From the IMG/VR virus record IMGVR_UViG_3300034375_009028: a stretch of 64,000 nucleotides of DNA. One strand, written 5' to 3'. The DNA is from a virus (Duplodnaviria; Caudoviricetes). The notes under the pieces were generated by a model that ran no database searches, was not told the origin of the DNA, and saw only the letters and a list, made by a program, of their open reading frames with translations. Positions 42,088 to 49,190 of the stretch are shown here, piece after piece (position 1 is the stretch's first letter; every line of letters begins with the position of its first letter). Position numbers and translations under genes: made by a program.

Positions 42088-42872
42088 CAAATTACGCGAG
42101 TCTTTTCGTGTCCAACACGAATACGAGGATCGCACCAAGTCTCAATACCTGCTTCCTTTGCATCCAGACAGAAGGACACGTCCTCTCCACACATATCCTG
42201 AACTGCTCCAGATTCAAAGACTTGCATCTTAGGTGCGAACCAGGGGTACTCAAGACGCTCAAAGACGCCATGACGAATCATAACCCATCCAAAACCTGTA
42301 TAATCAACTGTGAATGGTTTACGACGCTTCGAGATGCTCTCCACAGTCTCGTGATTCATCACCCCACCATTACGGCGGAAGTCCTCTTCGTCCAACCAGT
42401 GGGCAACCGAGGTGGTTTGCCCATCCTCAGTAGCATACCAACCAGCGACAATCTCTCGCTCATCCTGAGCATTACCGTCTTTATCTGGTCCAGGTACTGC
42501 AAGATCGCACAGTTGCCAGAACTTTTGACTATTAAAAACAATGTCATTATCAATCCAAAGTTGATAATCATACTTCAATTTGCCGTCCCAGGGAATTTGA
42601 TTGGGTCCGCGCAACACGTTTGCACCAAGACACTTACAACGTGCAAAGTTAACCATCGATGAGTAGTCCTGTGAGATTTGGATACTCATGTTGTTTTGTA
42701 CAAGGTCAAAGCATAGTTGCACAAAACTCTTTAGGAATGTATAAGAACAACCGCGCCCAGGCAGACAGAACACAATGCTCTTGCCTTGCATACGCTCTTT
42801 AATTGCATCATAATCCCAGTCTTCCTTCGGCGCAGTCGGTGCTGCTGCCTTTACAGTAAATCCTTTTGCCAT
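42087..42872 (-). CDS. GT-A-fold glycosyltransferase-like protein
   Basis: VNFARCKCL, DYQLWIDNDIVF (DxD), VDYTGFGWVMI, GEDVSFC. Confidence 0.7.
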   Translation of the reverse strand: MAKGFTVKAAAPTAPKEDWDYDAIKERMQGKSIVFCLPGRGCSYTFLKSFVQLCFDLVQNNMSIQISQDYSSMVNFARCKCLGANVLRGPNQIPWDGKLKYDYQLWIDNDIVFNSQKFWQLCDLAVPGPDKDGNAQDEREIVAGWYATEDGQTTSVAHWLDEEDFRRNGGVMNHETVESISKRRKPFTVDYTGFGWVMIRHGVFERLEYPWFAPKMQVFESGAVQDMCGEDVSFCLDAKEAGIETWCDPRIRVGHEKTRVI

Positions 42873-42920
42873 TTTAGAATAATTCTCTCAGATCAATTTT
42901 AACAGTTTATATGTAGCAAG

Positions 42921-43088
42921 TCAATATGAAGATTCTGCCACCATGTCCTTATTTATCTCTAGTTTCTCATACTCATAATTCTCATCATCAAGATTGTCCC
43001 ACTTCTCACGGAATTCTTCTTCAGTTAATACTGCATATAAACATTGATTCCTTTTGTTATAAATGTGATAAACTGTCTGTGATTCCAT
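42921..43088 (-). CDS. Hypothetical protein (MESQTVYHIY...)
   Basis: Start re-assigned downstream of the 43099-43242 ORF. Confidence 0.6.
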   Translation of the reverse strand: MESQTVYHIYNKRNQCLYAVLTEEEFREKWDNLDDENYEYEKLEINKDMVAESSY

Positions 43089-43098
43089 ACAAAATTCA

Positions 43099-43242
43099 TT
43101 ATCGGAACGTATTATATATGACCATAATGAGAATTCCAATGCTAACTAAAAAACCCTTCGGGTGCTTCGCAATCCAATATGTAAAGATTACTCTCCACAT
43201 GTTCCAATAAGGTCTTCGGCGGCGCATCATAAAAATTCTCAT
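43099..43242 (-). CDS. 47-aa membrane peptide MRIFMMRRRRPYWNMWRVIFTYWIAKHPKGFLVSIGILIMVIYNTFR
   Basis: Manual translation; extended -10 (TGcTATAAT) at 43250-43258 upstream. Confidence 0.65.
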   Translation of the reverse strand: MRIFMMRRRRPYWNMWRVIFTYWIAKHPKGFLVSIGILIMVIYNTFR

Positions 43243-43445
43243 TGATTCTATTATAGCACCTTTTTACCCGAAAAATTTTCTGCGAGATTTTTTTATATAC
43301 CTTATAACACACACTCGAATTGTCACCTCTGTAGGTTAGAGGGACCCGCTCATTATAAACGCAGGGGGCCGCATTAGTATAACTTATCGATCGAATTAAC
43401 TGCCATAAGGAATGCTGATCAATGAAATGTGTCCGCACGAACAAT

Positions 43446-43473
43446 AAAAAACCCCCGCACGAATGCAGGGGTT
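43446..43473 (-). terminator. Intrinsic terminator with a UUCG loop
   Basis: AACCCCTGCA-TTCG-TGCGGGGGTT followed by a T-run on the minus strand. Confidence 0.85.
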
Positions 43474-43489
43474 AAGTATACCTAACTCA

Positions 43490-43577
43490 CGGGTCGCTGG
43501 GTATAAAGAACTCAGCGACTCTAAGTGTTGCTCTCACGCATAAAAGGGTCGCTGAGTTCTTTATACCCAGCGACCCG
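43490..43577. repeat. Perfect 30-bp inverted repeat with a 28-nt spacer; each arm is itself an imperfect palindrome
   Basis: CGGGTCGCTGGGTATAAAGAACTCAGCGAC (43490-43519) is the exact reverse complement of 43548-43577. Confidence 0.95.
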
Positions 43578-43588
43578 CTAAATGTAAC

Positions 43589-43846
43589 TTAGTGTGCCAT
43601 TACGATGTAACGGAAGAATGTACCTTCTGCCAATTCTTCATCACTAGCGTCACAAATAGCAGTCCACGCAGGAACACTATTCGGACAATATACATCAACA
43701 GAATCTACAACGTCATCAGGAATAGCGTCAATTGTTGCTCCAAACCGCGCCCATAGTGTGCGGTTGCTAAGATCAAAATCGAACGATTCATCAATCGCAG
43801 CAATCCAATCGGTTTCAGATTGCAGTTCGGAGATGGTAAGTGCCAT
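43589..43846 (-). CDS. Acidic hypothetical early protein
   Basis: 85-aa ORF. Confidence 0.7.
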   Translation of the reverse strand: MALTISELQSETDWIAAIDESFDFDLSNRTLWARFGATIDAIPDDVVDSVDVYCPNSVPAWTAICDASDEELAEGTFFRYIVMAH

Positions 43847-43901
43847 GAGAATTGAAAGAATCAGGGTGTGAGATAAGGGGGACGATTGTCCCCCGATTGT
43901 T

Positions 43902-44036
43902 CTATTCTTCGGGACCGAAAGCGCACTCTAGAGAGTACATTTCCAGTTCCTGATCATCATCATAAACTGCCTGCCAATCCTCATCAGTGGGAGTGTAGAT
44001 TTCTTCAATCTGCTGCTGATCAGTGAAAGGATTCAT
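43902..44036 (-). CDS. 44-aa acidic peptide (MNPFTDQQQIEEIY...)
   Basis: Manual translation; own promoter (TATCAT at 44062-44067). Confidence 0.65.
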   Translation of the reverse strand: MNPFTDQQQIEEIYTPTDEDWQAVYDDDQELEMYSLECAFGPEE

Positions 44037-44061
44037 GGGGTTGTCTGTGTGGGACTTGATC

Positions 44062-44097
44062 ATGATAGCGACTAGGGGGGCACCCCGTAGGGTGCCC
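44062..44097 (-). promoter_or_regulatory. Early promoter (-10 TATCAT) with an 8-bp palindrome GGGCACCC-tacg-GGGTGCCC over the -35 zone
   Basis: Direct reading. Confidence 0.6.
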
Positions 44098-44108
44098 GTT
44101 ACCTTTGT

Positions 44109-44390
44109 TCACACTACAGCGGCGGCGATCAGATCACGCTTGCGACGGGTGGAGGGCATGGAAAACCAGAGGTCCCGCTTGCCAGTTTTCTGATTTCGGG
44201 TTGCTGCCAGTTGCCCACGGGTTTCCAGATCCACCAGCACGGCGTGGATGGTGCCCTTGTGGCGCTTAGGATCAAGACCCATGGCGCGAACTAGGTCGGT
44301 GCCTGTCATCGGACCTTTCTTGATCAGGATGCTGCGGGCAGCGATGCGGATCGCGGTGTGGAAGCAACGGTCGATTGCGGTGATGATCAT
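44109..44390 (-). CDS. Winged helix-turn-helix-like protein
   Basis: ILIKKGPMTGTDLVRAMGL...IHAVLVDLETRGQL...LWF helix-helix-helix-wing pattern. Confidence 0.55.
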   Translation of the reverse strand: MIITAIDRCFHTAIRIAARSILIKKGPMTGTDLVRAMGLDPKRHKGTIHAVLVDLETRGQLAATRNQKTGKRDLWFSMPSTRRKRDLIAAAVV

Positions 44391-44430
44391 GGTCTGGGTT
44401 GGGTTGTGCGGGTGTGTCCCGCGTGATCTA

Positions 44431-44459
44431 ATGATAACGCCTAGAGGGTCACCTGCCAG
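44431..44459 (-). promoter_or_regulatory. Early promoter CTGGCA-17-TATCAT
   Basis: Spacing; followed by a 5' hairpin GCGGG-acaca-CCCGC. Confidence 0.55.
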
Positions 44460-44605
44460 GTCGTCGGAGCGGGTTTGTCACAATCTGAAATAATGAAAAG
44501 TTGTGAGAGAAAGTGTTGCCATTCAGCATCAGTCATCACCACACAATTCTTTTCATCAAGTTCGCGTTGTGCGCGTTCGGAAAGTTTCAAGCGGAGATCT
44601 TTCAT
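44441..44605 (-). CDS. 54-aa hypothetical (MKDLRLKLSERAQ...)
   Basis: Manual translation. Confidence 0.55.
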   Translation of the reverse strand: MKDLRLKLSERAQRELDEKNCVVMTDAEWQHFLSQLFIISDCDKPAPTTWQVTL

Positions 44606-44615
44606 TGTTCTGATG

Positions 44616-44777
44616 TCAGTTTTTTGTGGACTTGAAAGTTACAACCTCAGCAGGAGATCCGCAGGAGCGATAGAAATCAACCATACGGTTTGCCTCATCA
44701 ATAGTGGCAAATGTTTGCTCTCTCCACTCACAAGAATTGTAGGGAGTTTGGTAGCGAATAGTGATGCCGATTGCCAT
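44616..44777 (-). CDS. 53-aa hypothetical (MAIGITIRYQTPYNSCEWR...)
   Basis: Manual translation; preceded by a GC hairpin. Confidence 0.7.
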   Translation of the reverse strand: MAIGITIRYQTPYNSCEWREQTFATIDEANRMVDFYRSCGSPAEVVTFKSTKN

Positions 44778-44828
44778 GATGTTAAGGTGAAGAATGGGAG
44801 GGGGATTGCTCCCCCTAAGTGTTTCAAA

Positions 44829-45074
44829 TCAGGCGGTGATTTCCATCCACTTGATCGGTTGAATAGTTCCCATTTTCCAGATGGTAACTTTTCTCCCGTG
44901 CAGTTCTACACTCCAATCGAATGCAGCATCCCTGGCAGAATCGAAATCAGAAAACATTTCGATCATTGCCTCGTTAAAGTTGAAATCAGGACCGATTGCC
45001 CACATGATGCTCGTTTGGGTTGTGCGAGGTCCGTTGCCTCGCTTGAATGTATATTTGCACCGATCGGGGTGCAT
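44829..45074 (-). CDS. Hypothetical protein
   Basis: 81-aa ORF; true start may be internal (MWAIG...). Confidence 0.7.
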   Translation of the reverse strand: MHPDRCKYTFKRGNGPRTTQTSIMWAIGPDFNFNEAMIEMFSDFDSARDAAFDWSVELHGRKVTIWKMGTIQPIKWMEITA

Positions 45075-45082
45075 TTCAAGCG

Positions 45083-45280
45083 TTAGTGTGCGCTTTGCCG
45101 ATTGGCACGTACCTTTGCAATTGTTTTCTTTATGTTTGCAATTGCGCGATGATCGCTGATAGTTTTGGCGGTGACAATTTGCACACCGTCAGCATCACGC
45201 CAAACATAATGTTTCTTCTCACGGACTAGTTCAAATCCGCAGGATTTCATGTACTCTTTTAGAATGTTTTTGGTTTTCAT
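45083..45280 (-). CDS. HicA-like (dsRBD-fold mRNA interferase-like) protein
   Basis: 65 aa, basic; GFELVREKKHYVWR..DG.QIV pattern with the His at the HicA catalytic position. Confidence 0.55.
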   Translation of the reverse strand: MKTKNILKEYMKSCGFELVREKKHYVWRDADGVQIVTAKTISDHRAIANIKKTIAKVRANRQSAH

Positions 45281-45315
45281 GATAAAGAATGGGGGGCAAT
45301 CGCCCCCCTGTTAGG

Positions 45316-45930
45316 TTAGATCAAACCCTTGTGAATGCGACGGTATGCAACCCATGTGATCGCTTGAATTTGCGATGCTAGGTGTACCTTACCTGTCACC
45401 TCAGAGATTAACTTAGCAGCGTCACGGTAAGCATCTTGAATCTTACCGAAAGTCTTGTCTGACATAGCAGGAACCGCTTTCAGGTTAGAAACACTGCCGT
45501 TCCAAACATTGTAGGCGTGACCATCAATGCAAGGCGTGTCACTTTTACCATCAGTGGCAATACAGAGAAAAAATGCGATAGTTTTGTTGCCACGCAATAC
45601 TTTCACAATTTGCTCCCTTTTAAGTTGCAAATCAAGAATCATGATCGCCTTATCTTTGTTTGCAGAGTAACTACAAACAGAGACAGAATTGTAGGGGATT
45701 TCATATGCCCAGGCACGCAACATTGCCTCAGCATCCTCTACATTTCTTTCCCACTTATTGTTTGGGGAAAGTGCAGCGATCACACCTGCCACGATGTCAG
45801 AATCGACACCATACTTTTCGCCAAGGTCAACACAAACGCCATAGGCGTTGCTGTACCATTGCAGACCTATTTGGCGATCGAGAGTGTTGCTCTGGAAATA
45901 CATCGCAACGATCGAATCAGTGTGTGCCAT
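45316..45930 (-). CDS. Conserved phage protein with HhH-glycosylase-like motifs
   Basis: AGVIAALSP..KW, GNKT.AF, CIDGHA, QIQAITWV. Confidence 0.55.
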   Translation of the reverse strand: MAHTDSIVAMYFQSNTLDRQIGLQWYSNAYGVCVDLGEKYGVDSDIVAGVIAALSPNNKWERNVEDAEAMLRAWAYEIPYNSVSVCSYSANKDKAIMILDLQLKREQIVKVLRGNKTIAFFLCIATDGKSDTPCIDGHAYNVWNGSVSNLKAVPAMSDKTFGKIQDAYRDAAKLISEVTGKVHLASQIQAITWVAYRRIHKGLI

Positions 45931-45956
45931 GTCGTGAAATGAATTTCGACCCTCAA

Positions 45957-45985
45957 AGTATTGCAGCGATCCGCTGCAAAGTCAA
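45957..45985 (-). promoter_or_regulatory. Promoter TTGACT-17-AATACT with a perfect palindrome TTGCAGCG-gat-CGCTGCAA in the spacer
   Basis: Direct reading. Confidence 0.75.
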
Positions 45986-46042
45986 CAGGTTTTAGATCAG
46001 CAACGCTTATCAGTGACATCAGAAATACTTATAGCCCAGGGG

Positions 46043-46091
46043 TTGACTTTAGGGGCACACTGCCCCTACGCTAGAGGGCGGGAGGGGTGGG
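46043..46091 (+). promoter_or_regulatory. Divergent plus-strand promoter TTGACT-18-TACGCT with a spacer palindrome, followed by the G4 motif GGGCGGGAGGGGTGGG
   Basis: TAGGGGCA-cac-TGCCCCTA at 46050-46068; G tracts at 46076-46091. Confidence 0.55.
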
Positions 46092-46109
46092 AAGCACAAT
46101 AAAAAATAT

Positions 46110-46138
46110 AAAAAAATACCACGCCGAAGGCGTGGTAT
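46110..46138 (-). terminator. Intrinsic terminator
   Basis: ATACCACGCC-ttc-GGCGTGGTAT followed by a T-run on the minus strand. Confidence 0.85.
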
Positions 46139-46196
46139 GATACAACCCACTTACTTACAAATCAATCACACAAACTATACAATAGGCATTCTCCGT

Positions 46197-46385
46197 TTAG
46201 TTTAACATCCAATGGGGGTCATTGTTGACATTAACCCAGAAGAAGTTGCGATTGTTTGCACTTCTTAAGAATAGCATGTCGCCTTTAACCTGTTCAATGA
46301 TACAGGTTCCGTCACATCCCATTAGATTAGCAAAACGGTTTTTTGCTTTGCTAGATTTTGGCGTGACGGTTGCCAGGGTGTCCAT
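46197..46385 (-). CDS. Hypothetical protein
   Basis: 62-aa ORF; TGATG coupling. Confidence 0.75.
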   Translation of the reverse strand: MDTLATVTPKSSKAKNRFANLMGCDGTCIIEQVKGDMLFLRSANNRNFFWVNVNNDPHWMLN

Positions 46386-46558
46386 CAGAATTCAATTGGT
46401 TGATCTGTTGGTTGAATTGTAGCACACTTTGTCATGTACTTATGAATCTTCTGATCCATTGATGGAGTCTCCTCAGAAGTAAGATTCTCAAGAATCCAGA
46501 GGATCTCAGAACCAGTTTGACCTTTCTTCAAAAGAGTAGTCATCATTTCAGTAGACAT
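46385..46558 (-). CDS. 57-aa hypothetical (MSTEMMTTLLKKGQTGSEILWIL...)
   Basis: Manual translation; stop overlaps the next ATG. Confidence 0.55.
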   Translation of the reverse strand: MSTEMMTTLLKKGQTGSEILWILENLTSEETPSMDQKIHKYMTKCATIQPTDQPIEF

Positions 46559-46607
46559 AATTGAATCCTTAGATGACGTGAATTTAGTCGAGATTAATTG
46601 ATTGATA

Positions 46608-46643
46608 CTCGACGAGATAATTTGATGATTACCTCGTCGAGAT
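46608..46643. repeat. Two CTCG(A/T)CGAGAT palindromes
   Basis: 46608-46618 and 46633-46643; partial copy at 46587-46594. Confidence 0.85.
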
Positions 46644-46652
46644 TTTCTACAC

Positions 46653-46913
46653 TCAGGCAGTCACGATTTGCAGAGTGCCATCCTTGATCTGGCAGTTGAT
46701 GAAGGAACCAACGCTCTCACCCAGGCGGATCACCTCATTGGCATCCTGTTGGAAGCGAGCAGGATCCTGCACAGTGTAGTTGTAATTGCGTCCGCCCTTA
46801 AAGGTCACGGTCACGTTACCATCATCCATGATGCTCAGGGCATCAAGGGCAGAGGAGGTGAAGGTGGAGACTTCCAGAGCGGTAGGAGCAACAGGGGTAG
46901 CAGTCATGATCAT
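46653..46913 (-). CDS. KTSC-like domain protein
   Basis: TSSALDAL...VTVTFKGGRNYNY...GESVGSFINCQIK. Confidence 0.6.
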   Translation of the reverse strand: MIMTATPVAPTALEVSTFTSSALDALSIMDDGNVTVTFKGGRNYNYTVQDPARFQQDANEVIRLGESVGSFINCQIKDGTLQIVTA

Positions 46914-46975
46914 AAAAAAATAAAGGTTTGAGTGAAGTGTTTTGAGCGGGATGCTTCACCCCCGCTGATGCAATC

Positions 46976-47022
46976 AGTATAGCATGGACTGGTTGGGGGG
47001 TGGAACCCCCCTTGTGCCAGTT
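46976..47022 (-). promoter_or_regulatory. Early promoter: AACTGGCACA upstream box, G6-TTCCA-C6 palindrome, -10 TATACT
   Basis: Direct reading. Confidence 0.7.
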
Positions 47023-47273
47023 TAGAGATCGGTCAGCATCTCATCCAGGGCAGCGGTGTCGATGGTGGGATCCATCCAGCGAGCACCATCAGGAGTCATC
47101 TGACCCCACATGATTTCCAGACGGGGAATCAGGGAGTCGTAGGAGTCATAACGCTGAGCGACCCGATAGGTTTCGTAGTCGTTCTGAATCCAGAGGGACA
47201 CGTTCCAGGTTGCCCAGTTCTTCCAACCGTTGAAGTCGGTGCGCTCAGGGATCAGAGAAGTGAGGCGGTCCAT
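47022..47273 (-). CDS. Conserved phage hypothetical (NGWxNWxTWNVxLW family)
   Basis: 83-aa ORF with its own promoter. Confidence 0.75.
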   Translation of the reverse strand: MDRLTSLIPERTDFNGWKNWATWNVSLWIQNDYETYRVAQRYDSYDSLIPRLEIMWGQMTPDGARWMDPTIDTAALDEMLTDL

Positions 47274-47282
47274 GTGTTTGTT

Positions 47283-47328
47283 TGAACTGAGGTCACAATA
47301 GGACGGATGGGGGGCAGAGTCAACCCCC
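47283..47328 (-). promoter_or_regulatory. Promoter TTGACT-17-TATTGT, -35 inside G5...C5, then CAGTTCA
   Basis: Direct reading. Confidence 0.8.
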
Positions 47329-47335
47329 TGACTGA

Positions 47336-47518
47336 TTAGTTTTCCTGATCCTCCAACAGTTCAGGATAATAATCTTTAATCTCAGTGATTAGTTCTTCTT
47401 GAGTGTAATCAGTGAGATTTTCTACCAATGTGTCATAAACAAAACATTCCATTGTTTTCATGTCCATGCTATCCAGCAGTTGCTGAGCATAGGAATGAAT
47501 CAGATCTTCTTTGTTCAT
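47336..47518 (-). CDS. Acidic hypothetical protein
   Basis: 60-aa ORF. Confidence 0.7.
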   Translation of the reverse strand: MNKEDLIHSYAQQLLDSMDMKTMECFVYDTLVENLTDYTQEELITEIKDYYPELLEDQEN

Positions 47519-47519
47519 G

Positions 47520-47720
47520 TCAGAATGAGAGGTAGGGATGATCAGAGTCTAACTCCTGATTGGTGTCGGATGCGGTGAGAAGTGTTGTGATGGGATAATA
47601 CTCATCAGCATCTGGATCATACACCATAGGAGTGCAGTCTAGTTGCTCTGCTGTCATAGACTGTAACATGATCAAAAGATCTTTGTAAGTCTGACAACCG
47701 TAGGGTGCATTAGGTGTCAT
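47520..47720 (-). CDS. Hypothetical protein (MTPNAPYG...)
   Basis: Start re-assigned to the ATGA overlap. Confidence 0.65.
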   Translation of the reverse strand: MTPNAPYGCQTYKDLLIMLQSMTAEQLDCTPMVYDPDADEYYPITTLLTASDTNQELDSDHPYLSF

Positions 47721-47932
47721 TTGAGAATAATGCGATAATCTACAGATTTGACGCACCATCCTGATGCAGTGCTGATCTCATCCATGAGATCTTCTTCATC
47801 ATCAGCATCCCAGAATTGACCGACATAAACATCACTAAGACGTTCTTCTGTCATGATCTGATCTGATTCTGACCAATCATCCTCACAATCGAGAGAACAA
47901 TCGAATTGAATTGAAGTGATTTGATACTTCAT
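47717..47932 (-). CDS. Acidic hypothetical (MKYQITSIQFD...)
   Basis: Start re-assigned to the ATGA overlap. Confidence 0.7.
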   Translation of the reverse strand: MKYQITSIQFDCSLDCEDDWSESDQIMTEERLSDVYVGQFWDADDEEDLMDEISTASGWCVKSVDYRIILK

Positions 47933-48063
47933 GATACTTGCGTGCGCGTCTCGTCGAGATTTTCTGAACAAAGAAATTCTAGCATGTAGTAATCTACCGT
48001 GACTTCTTTCGCCGCGGCCAATTCCTCAAGAGCAGAGTCAAATGCAGCGTCAAGTTCGTTCAT
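47929..48063 (-). CDS. 44-aa hypothetical (MNELDAAFDSALEELAAAKEVTVDYYMLEF...)
   Basis: Manual translation; own promoter. Confidence 0.7.
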   Translation of the reverse strand: MNELDAAFDSALEELAAAKEVTVDYYMLEFLCSENLDETRTQVS

Positions 48064-48073
48064 TGGAGTGGTG

Positions 48074-48144
48074 TGAACTGAAGTAATTATTGCACCCCCC
48101 AGGTGGTTCTGGGGGGATTGGTGGACAGTGCTCAGACCGTCACA
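48074..48144 (-). promoter_or_regulatory. Early promoter: TGTGACG-N9-CTGTCCAC box, CCCCCCAG-aaccac-CTGGGGGG palindrome, -10 AATAAT, CAGTTCA
   Basis: Direct reading. Confidence 0.7.
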
Positions 48145-48653
48145 AGAGATCCTTTGCCAACAGTCAGTGGTTCCTCTGTAAGGAAGTCATACTCAGCGGT
48201 GTTAGTGTCACCCCATCCCAACTTCCAACACTGCCAACCATCACCAGGAGTGAACAGATAGCACCACTCTTCTCCACAATTACCACTGAGGAAGTCATCG
48301 AAGTCGCCAATCTTAGGGGGAGCATCCTCACCTCGCTCACTGTAATACAGGGGCGAAGGTGTTGCTTTCACTGGAGAATAGACCCAGTTGTCATCAGCAT
48401 CACGCATGTAATCGACGGTCTTTGTACCATCAGCATGGTGAATTGTTTGCTTCAACGGTGCAGATTCCCACATGTGGGTAGAGTGAAGCGAGGACATATC
48501 GCCACCGTTGATGAGTTCTTCTACCTGTTCTTTATAAAGGTAGTTGTCAATTAGTTTGCGACCAGTATACTGAATGTAACCGTCATAATGACAGTAAACA
48601 CTGATGATCTGATCAGGACCGAGGGCAAGACCGATGCGAGAGCGAGTTCCCAT
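48132..48653 (-). CDS. Conserved phage hypothetical (MGTRSRIG...SVYCHYDGY family)
   Basis: Start re-assigned downstream of the promoter at 48681-48708. Confidence 0.8.
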   Translation of the reverse strand: MGTRSRIGLALGPDQIISVYCHYDGYIQYTGRKLIDNYLYKEQVEELINGGDMSSLHSTHMWESAPLKQTIHHADGTKTVDYMRDADDNWVYSPVKATPSPLYYSERGEDAPPKIGDFDDFLSGNCGEEWCYLFTPGDGWQCWKLGWGDTNTAEYDFLTEEPLTVGKGSLVTV

Positions 48654-48668
48654 GGGTTGTGAGTGGGG

Positions 48669-48713
48669 TGAACTGGAATCAGTGTAGCAGATTTGGGGGT
48701 GGTGTCCACCCCC
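48669..48713 (-). promoter_or_regulatory. Promoter TGGACA-16-TACACT centred in GGGGGTGG-aca-CCACCCCC, then CAGTTCA
   Basis: Direct reading. Confidence 0.7.
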
Positions 48714-48721
48714 TGAGGGAA

Positions 48722-48895
48722 TCAGTAGCGAGAATCCTCCAAGGTCTCCTTGAAGACCTGACTGACCTCCTCCCAGTGGTAGTCCTTCAGAGGACCGCAC
48801 TGGTCTTCCATCCAATCATACACCATGCACCAGTCGGCGTCCATTTCTAGGACGAACTGAGGCAGGGACTGGAGAGCGGACTTAAAAGTGGTCAT
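48722..48895 (-). CDS. 57-aa hypothetical (MTTFKSALQSL...), paralog of 51611-51877
   Basis: Start re-assigned; shared FxSxxxxLxxFV...AD...YDWxxDQC pattern. Confidence 0.7.
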   Translation of the reverse strand: MTTFKSALQSLPQFVLEMDADWCMVYDWMEDQCGPLKDYHWEEVSQVFKETLEDSRY

Positions 48896-48906
48896 GACCC
48901 GTTGGG

Positions 48907-48978
48907 TGAACTGCACAAATATTACCAACCCCTCCAACCCCTGGCAACCGCTTCCGAACCACCTCACAGACTGTCACA
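48907..48978 (-). promoter_or_regulatory. Promoter TTGCCA-17-TAATAT with an upstream TGTGACAG box, then CAGTTCA
   Basis: Direct reading. Confidence 0.8.
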
Positions 48979-49105
48979 GGCACCTCTCACAGCGTTTTAA
49001 AAGTCGTTATAATCTATGGACAATCAGCACCAACGGCAGTGGGGTAACTGCCTGATCAATGCATCGTCACTCAACTTGCAATATTTTTTTATAAAAAACA
49101 TTAAG

Positions 49106-49153
49106 AAAAAACCCATTAATGTGTGCCATCCCACAAACACACACTAATGGGTT
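49106..49153 (-). terminator. Long-stem terminator-like hairpin
   Basis: AACCCATTA/TAATGGGTT plus TGTGTG/CACACA; T-rich tail on the minus strand. Confidence 0.6.
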
Positions 49154-49190
49154 ATTATAATATGTTAAGAAGTAGTTATGGTGTACCCAC

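Noticed and set aside
42021-42662. 213-aa plus-strand ORF
   Set aside because: Antisense shadow of the glycosyltransferase-like gene; no motifs or promoter
43142-43444. 100-aa minus-strand ORF in the track
   Set aside because: Spans a promoter and a better-supported 47-aa ORF in another frame; composition looks like intergenic DNA
44829-45074. HicB antitoxin call for the ORF downstream of the HicA-like gene
   Set aside because: Only vague resemblance (FSDFDSARDAAFDW); the HicB PGC/T.G.T.EEA signature is absent
44475-45086. 203-aa plus-strand ORF (and similar plus-strand ORFs at 48090, 56142, 58190)
   Set aside because: Antisense to several promoter-bearing minus-strand genes; no recognisable domain
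48654-48967. Long N-terminal extensions given by the ORF track (48815, 48967; likewise 47971, 51580, 56245, 57628)
   Set aside because: They run through promoters or upstream genes; shorter starts fit promoter positions and stop-start coupling
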